Sequence record: NZ_CP049149.1
DNA: 64,000 nt
Strand: one strand, 5' to 3'
Source: a plasmid
Part shown: positions 19,007 to 29,619 of the stretch, piece after piece
Position numbering within the stretch: the stretch's first letter is position 1
Layout of the letters: the number at the start of each line of letters is the position of its first letter
Notes under the pieces: model-generated
What the model saw: only the letters and a program-made list of their open reading frames with translations
Database searches by the model: none
Told to the model about the DNA's origin: nothing
Program-made: the position numbers and the translations under genes

Positions 19007-21355
19007 ATGATAACCATCGTTAAACGTAACGGTTCAACTGAGCCGCTGTCAGAGGAAAAATATAATCGCGTTGTGATGTGGGGCGTAGAGAACATTCGCA
19101 ACGTTAGCGCGTCTGCCATCGCTATGGGCGCAGCCGCAAGCATTTTTGATGGTATGACCACCAGCCAGCTGCATGAGGCTCTGGTGAAGTCAGCTGCCGA
19201 TTTAATCTCTAAAGAGACTCCGAACTATTCCCAGGTTGCGGCGCGTCTGAGCCTGTTCAAGATCCGCAAAGATGCGTTCGGCCAGTACGCTTACCCACAC
19301 TTCTATCACCACATTGTGAGCAACGTTAGCCGCAGTGTTTATGATGAAGAGCTGCTGAAATCCTACACTCGTGAGGAAATCGACGAGCTGGGTGCCTACA
19401 TCAAGCCTATGCGCGACGAGTTTTTCAGCTATGCCGCCACCGTTCAGCTGGCCAGCAAGTACCTTGTTCAGAACCGCGTTACTGGTCAGGTTTATGAGGC
19501 GCCGCAGCAGCTCTATATGCTGGTGGCCATGTGCCTGTTCCAGAATTGGGAAGATGGCTGTGCGGGCAAATCTCGACTGGAGATGGTCAAAGGCTTCTAT
19601 GACGTCACCAGTACCTTCAAACTCTCTCTGCCAACACCCATCATGGCCGGTGCTCGTACTCCGACTCGCCAGTTCTCCAGCTGTGTGCTGATTGAGGCAG
19701 AAGACAGCCTGAAAGGGGTTAGCGCTGCATCTGCTGCGATTATTGACTATGTATCGCGCCGTGCAGGTATTGGCATCGGCTTTGGTCGTCTGCGTGCGCT
19801 GGGCAGTGAGATCCGCAATGGCGAAGCTATCCACACTGGCGTTATCCCGTTCCTGAAACATTTCCAGACCGCAGTGAAGTCTTGCTCCCAGGGCGGCGTT
19901 CGTGGCGGCGCGGCGACAGCGTACTACCCAATCTGGCACCTCGAAGTTGAGAGCCTTTTGGTAGTGAAAAACAACCGGGGTGTTGAGGAAAACCGCGTCC
20001 GTCACCTGGACTATGGCGTGATGATAAACCGTCTGATGTATCGCCGTCTGGTACGCAACGAAAACATCACTCTTTTCAGCCCACATGATGTACCGGACCT
20101 GTACGATGCGTTTTTTGCCGATCAGGACAAATTTGAAGAGCTGTATGCACAGTACGAAGCAGATGAGAGCATTCGTAAGAAGTCGATTCCGGCTGTGGAA
20201 CTGTTCTCTACGCTGTTGCAGGAACGTGCTTCTACTGGCCGCGTGTATATCGCCAACGTTGACCATATGAACGAGCACGGGTCTTTCGATCCGGAAGTTG
20301 CGCCGGTTCGCCAGTCCAACCTCTGCGCGGAGATCACGCTGCCAACCAAACCGCTGGCTTACACTGACGATCCGAATGGTGAAATCGCGCTTTGCACCCT
20401 GTCTGCCTTTAACCTCGGGGCAATCGACTCTCTGGACAGCCTGAAAGATGTCGCGTTCTATGCGGTTGCGGCTCTGGATTCACTGCTGGACTATCAGGAC
20501 TACCCGCTGGCTGCTGCCGAAGTTCCGGCAAAAGCACGTCGTAGCCTCGGCATCGGCGTAACCAACTTCGCCTACTATCTGGCCAAGAACGGCTTCAACT
20601 ACTCCGACGCCGCTGGCAACCAGCTGGTGCATGAGACGTTTGAAGCGATCCAGTATTACCTCCTCGATGCAAGCTGCCGCCTGGCTGAAGCCAAAGGCGC
20701 GTGTGAGTGGTTCTCCCACACCAAGTATGCGAAGGGGCTGCTGCCTGTAGACCATTACCGCAAGACGCTGGACGCCAATCCAGAAACGTCCTTCGAACTG
20801 AAAATGCCGTGGGAAGAGCTGCGTGGCCGCATTCTCAAGCATGGTCTGCGTAACTCGACGCTGTCTGCCCAGATGCCTTGCGAGACTTCCAGCCAGATCA
20901 CCAACTCCACCAATGGCATCGAGCCGCCGCGCGGTCCGGTTTCCGTCAAGTCTTCAAAAGACGGCATTGTGAAGATGGTTGTTCCGGATTTCGAGCAGCT
21001 GAAAGACCAGTACGAGTACCTCTGGGATATGCCGGACAACCACGGCTATCTGACGAAGGTGGCAATCATCCAGAAGTTCTTCGATCAGTCTATCTCGGCC
21101 AACACCAACTATGACCCGACTCGCTTCCCTGGCGACAAGGTTCCAATGATGAAGCTGCTTGAAGACTTGCTCTACGCGTACCAGCAGGGCGTCAAGTCCC
21201 TCTACTACCACAATACGCGTGATGGCGCTGGCAAGCGCGACGATGAAGAGTCTGCCTCTCCGGAGCCGACTGTGGTGGTCAAGCCCGAACCAGTGGCTGA
21301 ACCAGAACCCGTTGTTGAGCGAGAAGAAGAATACGACTGCGGTTGCAAGATCTGA
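19007..21355 (+). CDS. nrdA: ribonucleoside-diphosphate reductase alpha subunit (class Ia)
   Basis: ATP-cone start MITIVKRNGSTEPL after GGAGG. SNLCAEI and catalytic regions match. Length about 782 aa. Confidence 0.85.
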   Translation: MITIVKRNGSTEPLSEEKYNRVVMWGVENIRNVSASAIAMGAAASIFDGMTTSQLHEALVKSAADLISKETPNYSQVAARLSLFKIRKDAFGQYAYPHFYHHIVSNVSRSVYDEELLKSYTREEIDELGAYIKPMRDEFFSYAATVQLASKYLVQNRVTGQVYEAPQQLYMLVAMCLFQNWEDGCAGKSRLEMVKGFYDVTSTFKLSLPTPIMAGARTPTRQFSSCVLIEAEDSLKGVSAASAAIIDYVSRRAGIGIGFGRLRALGSEIRNGEAIHTGVIPFLKHFQTAVKSCSQGGVRGGAATAYYPIWHLEVESLLVVKNNRGVEENRVRHLDYGVMINRLMYRRLVRNENITLFSPHDVPDLYDAFFADQDKFEELYAQYEADESIRKKSIPAVELFSTLLQERASTGRVYIANVDHMNEHGSFDPEVAPVRQSNLCAEITLPTKPLAYTDDPNGEIALCTLSAFNLGAIDSLDSLKDVAFYAVAALDSLLDYQDYPLAAAEVPAKARRSLGIGVTNFAYYLAKNGFNYSDAAGNQLVHETFEAIQYYLLDASCRLAEAKGACEWFSHTKYAKGLLPVDHYRKTLDANPETSFELKMPWEELRGRILKHGLRNSTLSAQMPCETSSQITNSTNGIEPPRGPVSVKSSKDGIVKMVVPDFEQLKDQYEYLWDMPDNHGYLTKVAIIQKFFDQSISANTNYDPTRFPGDKVPMMKLLEDLLYAYQQGVKSLYYHNTRDGAGKRDDEESASPEPTVVVKPEPVAEPEPVVEREEEYDCGCKI

Positions 21356-21486
21356 TAAGCGTGGGGAGAAATCCCCACTTTTTCATTTTGTTGCACGCCT
21401 TATTTTCACCAATAAGATAACAACTTGTTTTGATAGTCATTAAAACAAATTGTTAAAACCATTCGATAACATTCAAAGGGAAACAC

Positions 21487-22629
21487 ATGAGCTATTCCAC
21501 TTTCCGTTTGGGCGCTAACGACGCAACAAAAGAGCCAATGTTCCTCGGGCAGTCCGTGAACGTGGCGCGCTACGATCAGCAGAAATACCGTGACTTCGAA
21601 AAGCTGATTGAAAAACAGCTCTCTTTCTTCTGGCGTCCTGAAGAGGTCGATATCACCACTGACCGCATCGACTTCAACAATAAGCTGCAAGAGCACGAGC
21701 GTCATATTTTTCTGAGCAACCTGCGTTACCAAACGCTTCTGGACTCCGTTCAGGGTCGCAGCCCAAACGCGACTCTGCTGCCGCTGATCTCCATTCCTGA
21801 GCTGGAAACGTGGGTTGAGACCTGGTCGTTCTCTGAAACTATTCACAGCCGTAGCTATACGCACATCATCCGCGGCATGGTGGACGATCCGAGCACCGTC
21901 TTCGATGGCATAGTGGCTGATGAAGAGATTATCAGCCGGGCTATCAGCATCTCTTCCGAGTATGACAAGCTCTATGACATGACCTGCGCGCGCCAGCATC
22001 TCGGCGAGGATGAGTTCGAGCGCCTGTATGCTGCGGATTTCGACGGAAAGCCCTACCCTCTTCACCGTCAGCTGTTCCGTACACTGGTCTCCATCAATTC
22101 GCTTGAGGCGATCCGCTTCTATGTGAGCTTCGCGTGTACGTTCGCTTTTGGCGAGCGAAAACTGCTGGAAGGTAACACCAAAATCATGCGCTTCATTGCG
22201 CGCGATGAGGCACTTCACTGTGAAGGTACTGAGCGTATGCTCCGCTTCATGCGCACCGGCCGTGAGGGGCTGCTGTGGAAGCAAATCGCTGCTGAGGAGG
22301 AGAATTACATCTATCAGACCATGATGGATGTGGCAGGACAGGAAATGCGCTGGGCTGACTATCTGTTCAAAGATGGTTCGATGATTGGTCTGAACGCGGA
22401 AATCCTCAAGACCTATGTAAAATACCGCACCAACCTGGCAATGCGTCGCCTGGGTCTGAACCCACTGTTCCCGGAAATCAAAGACGATCCGCTGGTGTGG
22501 ATGAACAAATGGCTGTTCTCCGACACGCTGCAAATTGCCCCGCAGGAAGCAGAGCAAAGCACCTATCTCGTTGGTCAGATTGACTCGACTGTCGACCGCG
22601 CAGGTCTGAACCAGTTCGCTGACCTTTAA
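21487..22629 (+). CDS. nrdB: ribonucleoside-diphosphate reductase beta subunit
   Basis: Di-iron/tyrosyl radical protein pattern ([21 protein letters not shown]). Ends ...[20 protein letters not shown], the R1-binding tail. Follows nrdA. Confidence 0.85.
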   Translation: MSYSTFRLGANDATKEPMFLGQSVNVARYDQQKYRDFEKLIEKQLSFFWRPEEVDITTDRIDFNNKLQEHERHIFLSNLRYQTLLDSVQGRSPNATLLPLISIPELETWVETWSFSETIHSRSYTHIIRGMVDDPSTVFDGIVADEEIISRAISISSEYDKLYDMTCARQHLGEDEFERLYAADFDGKPYPLHRQLFRTLVSINSLEAIRFYVSFACTFAFGERKLLEGNTKIMRFIARDEALHCEGTERMLRFMRTGREGLLWKQIAAEEENYIYQTMMDVAGQEMRWADYLFKDGSMIGLNAEILKTYVKYRTNLAMRRLGLNPLFPEIKDDPLVWMNKWLFSDTLQIAPQEAEQSTYLVGQIDSTVDRAGLNQFADL

Positions 22630-22710
22630 AATCCGCTCTCATCGTTTTGTGGCCTGGCTGAGCTGGGTCACAATCCATGCATCAAATGAAGTTCTAAGGA
22701 AAGAAAAGAC

Positions 22711-23586
22711 ATGACATTCACGAATCTGACCGATCATCTTAAGCTTGCTGCCGACAAACTGGTCGGCTTCAAACCTGAGCCTTATGAATTGAATCCGGGC
22801 TACGCTATGGCGACAGAAAGCATCTACAAGATGGTTGACCAGTTCCACGAGCTGTTTCAGCACCCGCGTCGTGCCATGCCGGAGCCGTCGTTACTGCGTC
22901 TGCGCGCCAAGCTGATCCACGAAGAAGCTGTCACTGAAGGCATCCCAGCTGCCAGGAACGGCGACATGACTGCTCTGCTGGATGCGATGGCTGACTTTCT
23001 GTATGTGGGCATCGGCTCAATGGTGGCGATCAAAGGCGGCATTTCTACCGGGATGAGCTATTACACCCAGGAACAAAGCGTAGATCGCTTCTTCGAAACC
23101 ATCATGGTTCCGGGCAACACCGTCTTTGACGATATGGCCATTCCGTTCCGGGAAGCAGAAGAAGCGGTCGACATGCTGAATGCGCTGGCAGACAGACTGG
23201 TAAAAACGAAAGTCAGTGATGCCGAACTCATTCAGGCGCTGCGCCGCGTAATGAACAAAATTTATGTGGCCTGCATGATGACCTACCGCCTTGCAGACTT
23301 TCTGGGTATCGATGTCGTCGAGCTGGTGGCTGAGATCCACCGTTCAAATATGACGAAGCTGTGGCCAGCTGATGCCGAGGAGCGTCGTGTAGCGGTAGAG
23401 AACTGCAAGTACGACAAAAATGATCTGGGCTTCCGTCATGCAGACGGCACCGAGATGATGATCGGCTTCCGTTTGTCCGATGGGAAGATCCTCAAATCCC
23501 CCACCTACAGCGATGTTGACCTGACTCCCTTCGTTGAAAAGGCAAAAACTTCTGCATTGTACGAAGTGGTTAAAAATCATTTGTAA
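22711..23586 (+). CDS. MazG-like all-alpha NTP pyrophosphohydrolase, putative
   Basis: LIHEEAVTEG ... ALLDAMADFLYV pattern resembles the MazG EExxE/D helix pair. Sits in the nucleotide metabolism cluster. Confidence 0.4.
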   Translation: MTFTNLTDHLKLAADKLVGFKPEPYELNPGYAMATESIYKMVDQFHELFQHPRRAMPEPSLLRLRAKLIHEEAVTEGIPAARNGDMTALLDAMADFLYVGIGSMVAIKGGISTGMSYYTQEQSVDRFFETIMVPGNTVFDDMAIPFREAEEAVDMLNALADRLVKTKVSDAELIQALRRVMNKIYVACMMTYRLADFLGIDVVELVAEIHRSNMTKLWPADAEERRVAVENCKYDKNDLGFRHADGTEMMIGFRLSDGKILKSPTYSDVDLTPFVEKAKTSALYEVVKNHL

Positions 23587-23652
23587 GTACAAGCTTATCA
23601 AGTTATATTGACTGGGCGTGTTTTATTGTCCAAGTTCTTAATATCTTTTCCT

Positions 23653-23682
23653 GTGGTGGCCTCTGTGCCACCATTTTTTTTG
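23653..23682 (+). terminator. rho-independent terminator (gtggtggcctctgtgccacc followed by T8)
   Basis: Hairpin plus T-run. Confidence 0.65.
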
Positions 23683-23767
23683 CCCCAATTTCTAGCGTTG
23701 AAGGCTTCTGCCGGATAAACTTGCATAAGTAGATATGTATGTACTTACCTATTAATGCGAGGTTGAT

Positions 23768-24871
23768 TTGTCTCTTTTACTGAATCGTGAGCATACCAAC
23801 GGTCAACTTACCAGTACGTCGTATGCCAAAATTGTTGAAACCGTACTCAAAACTGGCGTCCATGCGGGTGATCGCACCGGCACCGGCACGATGAGTGTCT
23901 CTTATGTCCCGTCTTACTACATGCTGACGGGTGGCTCTGTGCCGCTGATCTCCGGCAAGTCCGTTAATCTCAAACCGCTGCTGGTAGAGCTGGAGTGGTA
24001 TCTGAAAGGAACCGGCAACATCCAGTTCCTGAAAGACCACGGTGTAAAAATCTGGGATGCATGGGCTGATGAAAATGGCGATTTAGGCCCGGTGTATGGC
24101 AAGCAGTGGCGTCGCTGGAACGACACCCGCATCGTTGCGCACAGCGACTATCTGCGCCAAATCGACACCTTTCGCGAACGAGGCTACAAGGTTGAGGGCT
24201 ATCTGGGCGTTGAAGAAGATCGGGTGGTTTTATCCCGCGAAATTGACCAGCTACAGCGCATTGTCGACAAGCTCCGCACCAACCCTACCGATCGTCGAAT
24301 CCTGCTGAATGCCTGGAACGTCGGCGAGCTGGAGGACATGAAGCTTCCACCCTGCCACTTTGTCTTCTCACTATGGAGTCGCGAGCTGGACTTTGAAACC
24401 CGTCTGGCAATGGCAACCGAGATTGGCGTGCAGCATAACCGTCACGGCCATGAGTCTGTTTACACACAGATGCTCTGCATTCTGGAACAAGATGGCGGCA
24501 TTACCGAAAGCGTGCTGGACGCGTTGGGCATCCCGAAACGCATCCTGAACTCTTGTCTGGTGCAGCGCAGCGTGGACACCTTCGTTGGGCTTCCCTTCAA
24601 CATTGCAGGCTACGGCATCCTCACCCATTTCCTCGCGAAGATCACCGGCCATATGGCTGGCGCCTTTGTGCATTTTGGCTTTGACGTTCACCTCTACGAC
24701 AACCACATGGACGGCGTTAATGAGCTGATGGGGCGTGAAGTGCCGGCACATTCCGATCCTGTCGTCATTTTCCCGCATGAGTGGGCAGAGCTGGATGATT
24801 TTAAGTGGGAAGGGGTGCAGGTCTGCGGCTATGACCCGCTTCCGTGGATCAAGGTTCCAGTGGCGGTGTGA
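23768..24871 (+). CDS. thyA: thymidylate synthase with two internal insertions (367 aa against ~264)
   Basis: DRTGTGT, IWDAWADENGDLGPVYGKQWRRW, RRILLNAWNVGELEDMKLPPCH, DTFVGLPFNIAGY, DVHLYDNHM and GYDPLPWIKVPVAV align with E. coli ThyA. Start is probably TTG. Confidence 0.85.
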   Translation: MSLLLNREHTNGQLTSTSYAKIVETVLKTGVHAGDRTGTGTMSVSYVPSYYMLTGGSVPLISGKSVNLKPLLVELEWYLKGTGNIQFLKDHGVKIWDAWADENGDLGPVYGKQWRRWNDTRIVAHSDYLRQIDTFRERGYKVEGYLGVEEDRVVLSREIDQLQRIVDKLRTNPTDRRILLNAWNVGELEDMKLPPCHFVFSLWSRELDFETRLAMATEIGVQHNRHGHESVYTQMLCILEQDGGITESVLDALGIPKRILNSCLVQRSVDTFVGLPFNIAGYGILTHFLAKITGHMAGAFVHFGFDVHLYDNHMDGVNELMGREVPAHSDPVVIFPHEWAELDDFKWEGVQVCGYDPLPWIKVPVAV

Positions 24872-24872
24872 T

Positions 24873-25286
24873 ATGGCCAGAGGAATGTATGTGCTGTGTG
24901 AAATCGAAGGTGTGCTGGCGCGGGCCAGCCATCGTGAATCGGTGTCTGATGCAGATGCAGGCGCTCTCATTGCAGGTGACGAACTCATCTTTTCCACCAG
25001 CCGCATGTTGCGCGGTTTTGCTCGCTCCGGCGCTGAAGTGGTGCTTATCAGCAGCCGCCCGGAGACGCTTGAAGAGCCGACCAAACGCTGGTTGATAGAT
25101 TTTGGGATTGATTACGACTGGCTGCACCTGGCTCCGCGGGGTGTCAGCTTCGATACCCACGTCAAACGCACGTTGGCGGCGCACAAAGGCGACTTACTCA
25201 TCGCCGCGCTGATACACGACCCAAGATTGCGTGCCGTTCTGGCAGAGTCCCATCAGCGACCGACGATTTATGAGGTGAGCCAATGA
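24873..25286 (+). CDS. hypothetical protein (137 aa) between thyA and frd
   Basis: ATG directly after the thyA stop. Its stop overlaps the frd start. Confidence 0.4.
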   Translation: MARGMYVLCEIEGVLARASHRESVSDADAGALIAGDELIFSTSRMLRGFARSGAEVVLISSRPETLEEPTKRWLIDFGIDYDWLHLAPRGVSFDTHVKRTLAAHKGDLLIAALIHDPRLRAVLAESHQRPTIYEVSQ

Positions 25287-25759
25287 AGATGATTGCAGCT
25301 GTCGGCCGCAATTATGAGATCGGCATTGGCAATGATCTCCCCTGGCGCTGCCCGGCCGATTTGAAGCTGTTCAAACAGCTCACCAGAAACGCCACCGTCG
25401 TGATGGGGCGTAAGACGATGGAAAGTCTCAAGCGCCCGCTTCCGGAGCGCCACAATCTCGTTTTGACGCGTTCTCGTGGCTATATGCCCAATGGGTTTTA
25501 CCCCGCGAGCGTGGAGGATGTGCTGGCGTTGCCAGATCCGGTGTGGGTTATTGGCGGCGGCCAGATTTACTCCGTGATGATGCCGCATGTGGAAGAAATT
25601 TGGCTCTCACACATTGGCGTGGACGTGCCAGAGGCTGACGCGTTCTTCCCGGCGCAGATGATGCGCGCTTTAGGCTTTGTGCCCGTGGATACGGCTTATA
25701 CCCAACGTGCGAGTGAGGATGAGCCTGGCTTTTTGCAGATCGTTTACAGAAGGTCGTAA
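25283..25759 (+). CDS. folA: dihydrofolate reductase
   Basis: MKMIAAVGRNYEIGIGNDLPWRCPADLKLFKQLT and VMGRKT are the DHFR signature. Confidence 0.85.
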   Translation: MKMIAAVGRNYEIGIGNDLPWRCPADLKLFKQLTRNATVVMGRKTMESLKRPLPERHNLVLTRSRGYMPNGFYPASVEDVLALPDPVWVIGGGQIYSVMMPHVEEIWLSHIGVDVPEADAFFPAQMMRALGFVPVDTAYTQRASEDEPGFLQIVYRRS

Positions 25760-26403
25760 TGGATTACCGGATTGGGATCACTGGTGCCCAGGGCAGTGGA
25801 AAAACAACCTTGGCCAATTTTATCGATCGGCATTACGGCATCCCCTATGTGGATGCCGGTGTCGGCAAGCTGATGAGCGAGCTTGGCGTAAAAGTGGGAG
25901 AGCAGCTGCCGCTTTACGAACGCCTGCAAGTGCAAATGGAGATTGCCAAACATATCGAGCTGATTACCCGCGGCATGGAAGGCTTCGTGATTGACCGCAC
26001 ACCGCTGGATGTCGTGGCTTACACGTTAGATCTGGCAGGCCAGACCAATGAAGAGCGCTGCATCGAGCTGGCACTTGAAATCGAGCGGTTTTGCCACCGT
26101 GCTGCCGTCAGCAACTTCAACGCGATTGTCGGGCTTCGACCCGGCGTGGCATTGAGCAATGCCGATCGAAGCCGGGAGCAGCGTGCTTCTCTTGACCGAC
26201 TCTATGTTGCGCGTATCGATGCGCTGATGTGTGGCGAACTCACCAAGATTAACGCCATGCCCAGAATTGGCGACCTGCAAGTCTTCGTCATCTCAGAGAA
26301 ATGCAAAACGATAGATGCTCGGGCCAGGTCTGTTATGCGCGTGCTGGATGGTGCCGTCGAGCGGATCGAGCGCCGTGCTATTGGGCGAGTTACCTATCAC
26401 TGA
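25759..26403 (+). CDS. P-loop kinase, putative (deoxy)nucleoside monophosphate kinase
   Basis: Walker A GITGAQGSGKTTLA. Sits in the nucleotide metabolism operon. Confidence 0.45.
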   Translation: MDYRIGITGAQGSGKTTLANFIDRHYGIPYVDAGVGKLMSELGVKVGEQLPLYERLQVQMEIAKHIELITRGMEGFVIDRTPLDVVAYTLDLAGQTNEERCIELALEIERFCHRAAVSNFNAIVGLRPGVALSNADRSREQRASLDRLYVARIDALMCGELTKINAMPRIGDLQVFVISEKCKTIDARARSVMRVLDGAVERIERRAIGRVTYH

Positions 26404-26466
26404 AACTTGCTCGCCTGTTACGCGATGCGACAATCCACCACGCAGAATCATTTCAGGAAAAACAGC

Positions 26467-26886
26467 ATGATAGATGAACTACCCCTGACTGATGAGTTAG
26501 ATCGCAAAGTTGTCGAAGCGCTGATCCGCATTGCGGATGAACAGGATCGCTCACTCATGACAGAGCGCGAAGCGCGGCTGGCAATCCGCGCTATTTTCGA
26601 GTCAGCGCAGGGTCTTGTTGGGGAGGAAGTTGGCGAGGCCATTAACGTGGCCATGTCGCAATTTAACCACGGCACCAAACGCCCGCTCTTTCCTCTGCAT
26701 CTCCAGTTGGCTGGCGGATCGGTGCTCTATGTCTCCGTCTGCCTCGAAACGAACCAGATTAACGTCCTCAATACCACGACGGGTGAATGGCGAGCGCCAG
26801 TCGTCTGTGAAAGTGGTGAGGAAGCCTTGAAGAAGGCCGCTCAGTTTGTGCGTGGCGCACTGCTGAAAGGCGCGAAGAAGCTGTAA
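26467..26886 (+). CDS. hypothetical protein (139 aa)
   Basis: ORF with an RBS (aggaaa). Confidence 0.35.
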   Translation: MIDELPLTDELDRKVVEALIRIADEQDRSLMTEREARLAIRAIFESAQGLVGEEVGEAINVAMSQFNHGTKRPLFPLHLQLAGGSVLYVSVCLETNQINVLNTTTGEWRAPVVCESGEEALKKAAQFVRGALLKGAKKL

Positions 26887-26895
26887 GGAGTAGCA

Positions 26896-27453
26896 ATGAC
26901 CACGATTGTCGGTGGTATCGATATCGAGTCCACAGGGCTGGATTTCACATCCGGCCATAAAATCATTGAAATCGCCATTACGCGTTACGATCTGGACACC
27001 CAGACCCACATCGACAGCCTTGAAATGCGTTTCAATCCACGCCGCAGTATCGACCCAAAAGCCCAGGCGGTGCATGGCATTTCGCTGGAGGCGCTGGCCG
27101 CGGAGCCGCTGTTGTCTGACCATGCCAAAGAGATTGCTGCCTACATGGGCGCGTGCAGTGTATGGGTGGCGCACAACGGCGAAGCTTTCGATATTCCGTT
27201 CATCCGCCACGAGTTCGCCGGGTATGGGGTGACACTGCCAGATGTGCCGCTGGTGGATTCCATGTTATCAGGCCTCTGGGCGACCGAAGACGGCAAACGC
27301 CCACGTCTGGAAGAGCTGGCGTTCTCTCTGGGCTTCGTATATGACCGAGAGAAGGCGCACAGCGCGCTCTACGATACAGAACTCATGATGCAATGCTTCT
27401 TCAAAGCGCGTGAAAAATACGGCTTCTTTAAACTCCCCTTCGAAAGCGCCTGA
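26896..27453 (+). CDS. DnaQ-like 3'-5' exonuclease (DEDDh, epsilon-like proofreading subunit)
   Basis: Exo I GIDIESTG, Exo II WVAHNGEAFDIPF, Exo III HSALYD. Confidence 0.75.
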   Translation: MTTIVGGIDIESTGLDFTSGHKIIEIAITRYDLDTQTHIDSLEMRFNPRRSIDPKAQAVHGISLEALAAEPLLSDHAKEIAAYMGACSVWVAHNGEAFDIPFIRHEFAGYGVTLPDVPLVDSMLSGLWATEDGKRPRLEELAFSLGFVYDREKAHSALYDTELMMQCFFKAREKYGFFKLPFESA

Positions 27454-27574
27454 TGGCGCTTTCTTTTTCCCTCAAGTCATTCTAACTGCCTGCATTTATC
27501 TCTTTTCCGCCTAATAGGTCTTGTCAAAATACGCTCATCAAAACGCAGTACGCGATTAACGAAAGGAGATAAAC

Positions 27575-28378
27575 ATGAGCACTATTAATAACGCAGTTAA
27601 GAACGATGACCTGGACGAACTGACCGCCATGCTCCAGTCACTGGATGAGCCAGTGGCAAAAGCGGCGAAGTCGAGCGGCAGCGATGACATTGACGATCTG
27701 CTGGCTGGTCTGGATGACCATATCACTCGTCCGGTTGAAGCTGTTGCGGATGAGGTTATGCATAGCGTGGCAAATGACGACATGAGCAGCGTCTTTGAAG
27801 AGCTGGAGGTAGAGCACGAGTCCGTAAAGGTTGTTGAGACGGCGCACGATATGGCATCCGAGCCAGCAACTGAAAACGAACCTGTGATTGAAGCGCACAA
27901 CAATGAGTTTAAAGGGACCGATCCAACTCCTGCGCCTGAAGTGCAAACGGCCAAAACAGAGCGGGCGCCAGCCAAGCCTCGCTTCACTCTGGAAGGCAAG
28001 GGTGAAGAGTTCTTTAGCAGTGCGGGTCTGGATCGCGAGGCTTTTACCAGTGCCTTCGAGAAGGCGCCTGTGAAAGCGAAGGATAAGATCTTAAACCTTC
28101 TCAACTGGTTCAGTGGCGGTCCGGAAATTAGCGTTTATACGGTGATTGCTGTGCGCCACATTCTTGAAACCAAGACGGTGACCAGTAACAGCATCAAGCT
28201 GGCACTGATGAGCAATCCGGAAAAGCCGTATCCGCTGAACACTGCCTCAACACAGGCTGGTCAGATGATGGCGCTGTTTCCTGCTGTCGGCATCGCGACG
28301 CGTGATGGTGGAACGCTGACGCTGAACGAAGCGTCCCCGATCATCAAGAAATTTGTAACGGAGTACACTATTGGATGA
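27575..28378 (+). CDS. acidic hypothetical protein (267 aa)
   Basis: ORF. The N-terminal half is strongly acidic. Confidence 0.4.
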   Translation: MSTINNAVKNDDLDELTAMLQSLDEPVAKAAKSSGSDDIDDLLAGLDDHITRPVEAVADEVMHSVANDDMSSVFEELEVEHESVKVVETAHDMASEPATENEPVIEAHNNEFKGTDPTPAPEVQTAKTERAPAKPRFTLEGKGEEFFSSAGLDREAFTSAFEKAPVKAKDKILNLLNWFSGGPEISVYTVIAVRHILETKTVTSNSIKLALMSNPEKPYPLNTASTQAGQMMALFPAVGIATRDGGTLTLNEASPIIKKFVTEYTIG

Positions 28379-28498
28379 CCTCTTCCAGCCTAAAGAAGAG
28401 TCCTTTCTAAGATTAAACTGTATACCGCTGTTGATTTGGGCGATTTTAGCCATATCGCCCAAATCGTTGTGCAGGCCTGTCTTGGAGTTCACGCGGAT

Positions 28499-28777
28499 TT
28501 AGATATTCCGATCCTGTTTCGCGCTATTCCCCTTCACAAGGTCGGCCGCCCAGGCGACGAGGTAAGCCAGAGCAAAAAAACCGACGAAACCGGCTAGTTT
28601 CATCAACCATCCATCGAGGATAAAAAGGCAACCAAAAGCCGCAAAAGCGCATAGACAGGTTGAAACCGCTTCGACCATATTTGCCGAATAAACCCTCAGG
28701 GATTTGAAAATACTATTTCGCGAGGAGTTTGCAGATTTCATTTTCAATCCCTTTGCACTGAACCGGATGGCTTTCAA
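28499..28777 (-). CDS. small membrane protein (two predicted TM helices)
   Basis: Hydrophobic stretches CLCAFAAFGCLFILDGWL and GFVGFFALAYLVAWA. Confidence 0.35.
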   Translation of the reverse strand: MKAIRFSAKGLKMKSANSSRNSIFKSLRVYSANMVEAVSTCLCAFAAFGCLFILDGWLMKLAGFVGFFALAYLVAWAADLVKGNSAKQDRNI

Positions 28778-29357
28778 TATACATTAGATAAGGTTCAAGT
28801 TCACTTTCAACGAGAAAGTAAACCATATCCAGATTCATGTAGACGACCTTATAATAGGTAATCGGGTATTTTTGCTGCATACGTCGAGATGCTCTTGCAG
28901 CTTCTTCGATCAGGCCTTGTATCATAACGATGTTGAGAGTAAAGGCTGACGCTACGCGAGTGACACGCATCATGATGTCGCTCATTTTTACCCGATTTAT
29001 TATACGTTTAGCAATATACTGGGAGATGAACGCGTTTGCGCCCATACGGCTGCCCAACTTTGCATCTGAGTAATGAAGCTTATCGTTAATCGCTTTCTTA
29101 CCCGCATCATCTAGTTTCTCATAGAAATCACTGATCACCATCGTAACCAGTTTCCTGACCGGTTCTTCATTCGATGCAAGATCTTTGAACGCTCTCATAA
29201 ATCGCTCGGTTTCATACTCATTACGTACTTTCATCTCGCGACCAAAGGCGCCTGACCCTTCAGCCGTTCTTACAATGGTTAAATAAAGCCCTTGTGGAAC
29301 AGCCGCCAGCCCGTCAACAATTCCTTTAGCTACTAGTTTTGCATCCATAAAATCCAT
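28713..29357 (-). CDS. hypothetical protein (214 aa), minus-strand island
   Basis: ORF opposite to the surrounding transcription. Confidence 0.4.
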   Translation of the reverse strand: MDFMDAKLVAKGIVDGLAAVPQGLYLTIVRTAEGSGAFGREMKVRNEYETERFMRAFKDLASNEEPVRKLVTMVISDFYEKLDDAGKKAINDKLHYSDAKLGSRMGANAFISQYIAKRIINRVKMSDIMMRVTRVASAFTLNIVMIQGLIEEAARASRRMQQKYPITYYKVVYMNLDMVYFLVESELEPYLMYIESHPVQCKGIENEICKLLAK

Positions 29358-29619
29358 CTCACGAAATATGCCGATTTTGTAGGTTATCAAAACTGTATTG
29401 CTGAATAGCTAACCATCATTCTATTTCAGAAAATTCCCAGATCGTTGAACTAAGCAGTGTAGATTTTAATGACTCTGAGTGTTTAATACGCTACATAAGA
29501 CCATCCATAACCAGCACCCAAAAAACGCGTCAGAATGCATTTCCTTTGCAAATTCTGGCGCGTTTTCTTTTGTTTGCGATTTGCTGTGCCAAATGAAACA
29601 ATAGGTAAGCAGTTACCTA

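Noticed and set aside
19007-21355. Possible intein in nrdA
   Set aside because: The length of about 782 aa is normal for class Ia NrdA and no Cys/Ser...HN intein boundaries were seen.
19202-22557. 358-aa and 383-aa minus-strand ORFs
   Set aside because: Antisense to nrdA and nrdB respectively.
24371-25084. 237-aa minus-strand ORF
   Set aside because: Antisense to thyA, whose identity is unambiguous.
24735-25286. 183-aa ORF with a long N-terminal extension overlapping thyA
   Set aside because: The extension is out-of-frame overlap with the thyA 3' end. The real start is taken as the ATG at 24873 directly after the thyA stop.
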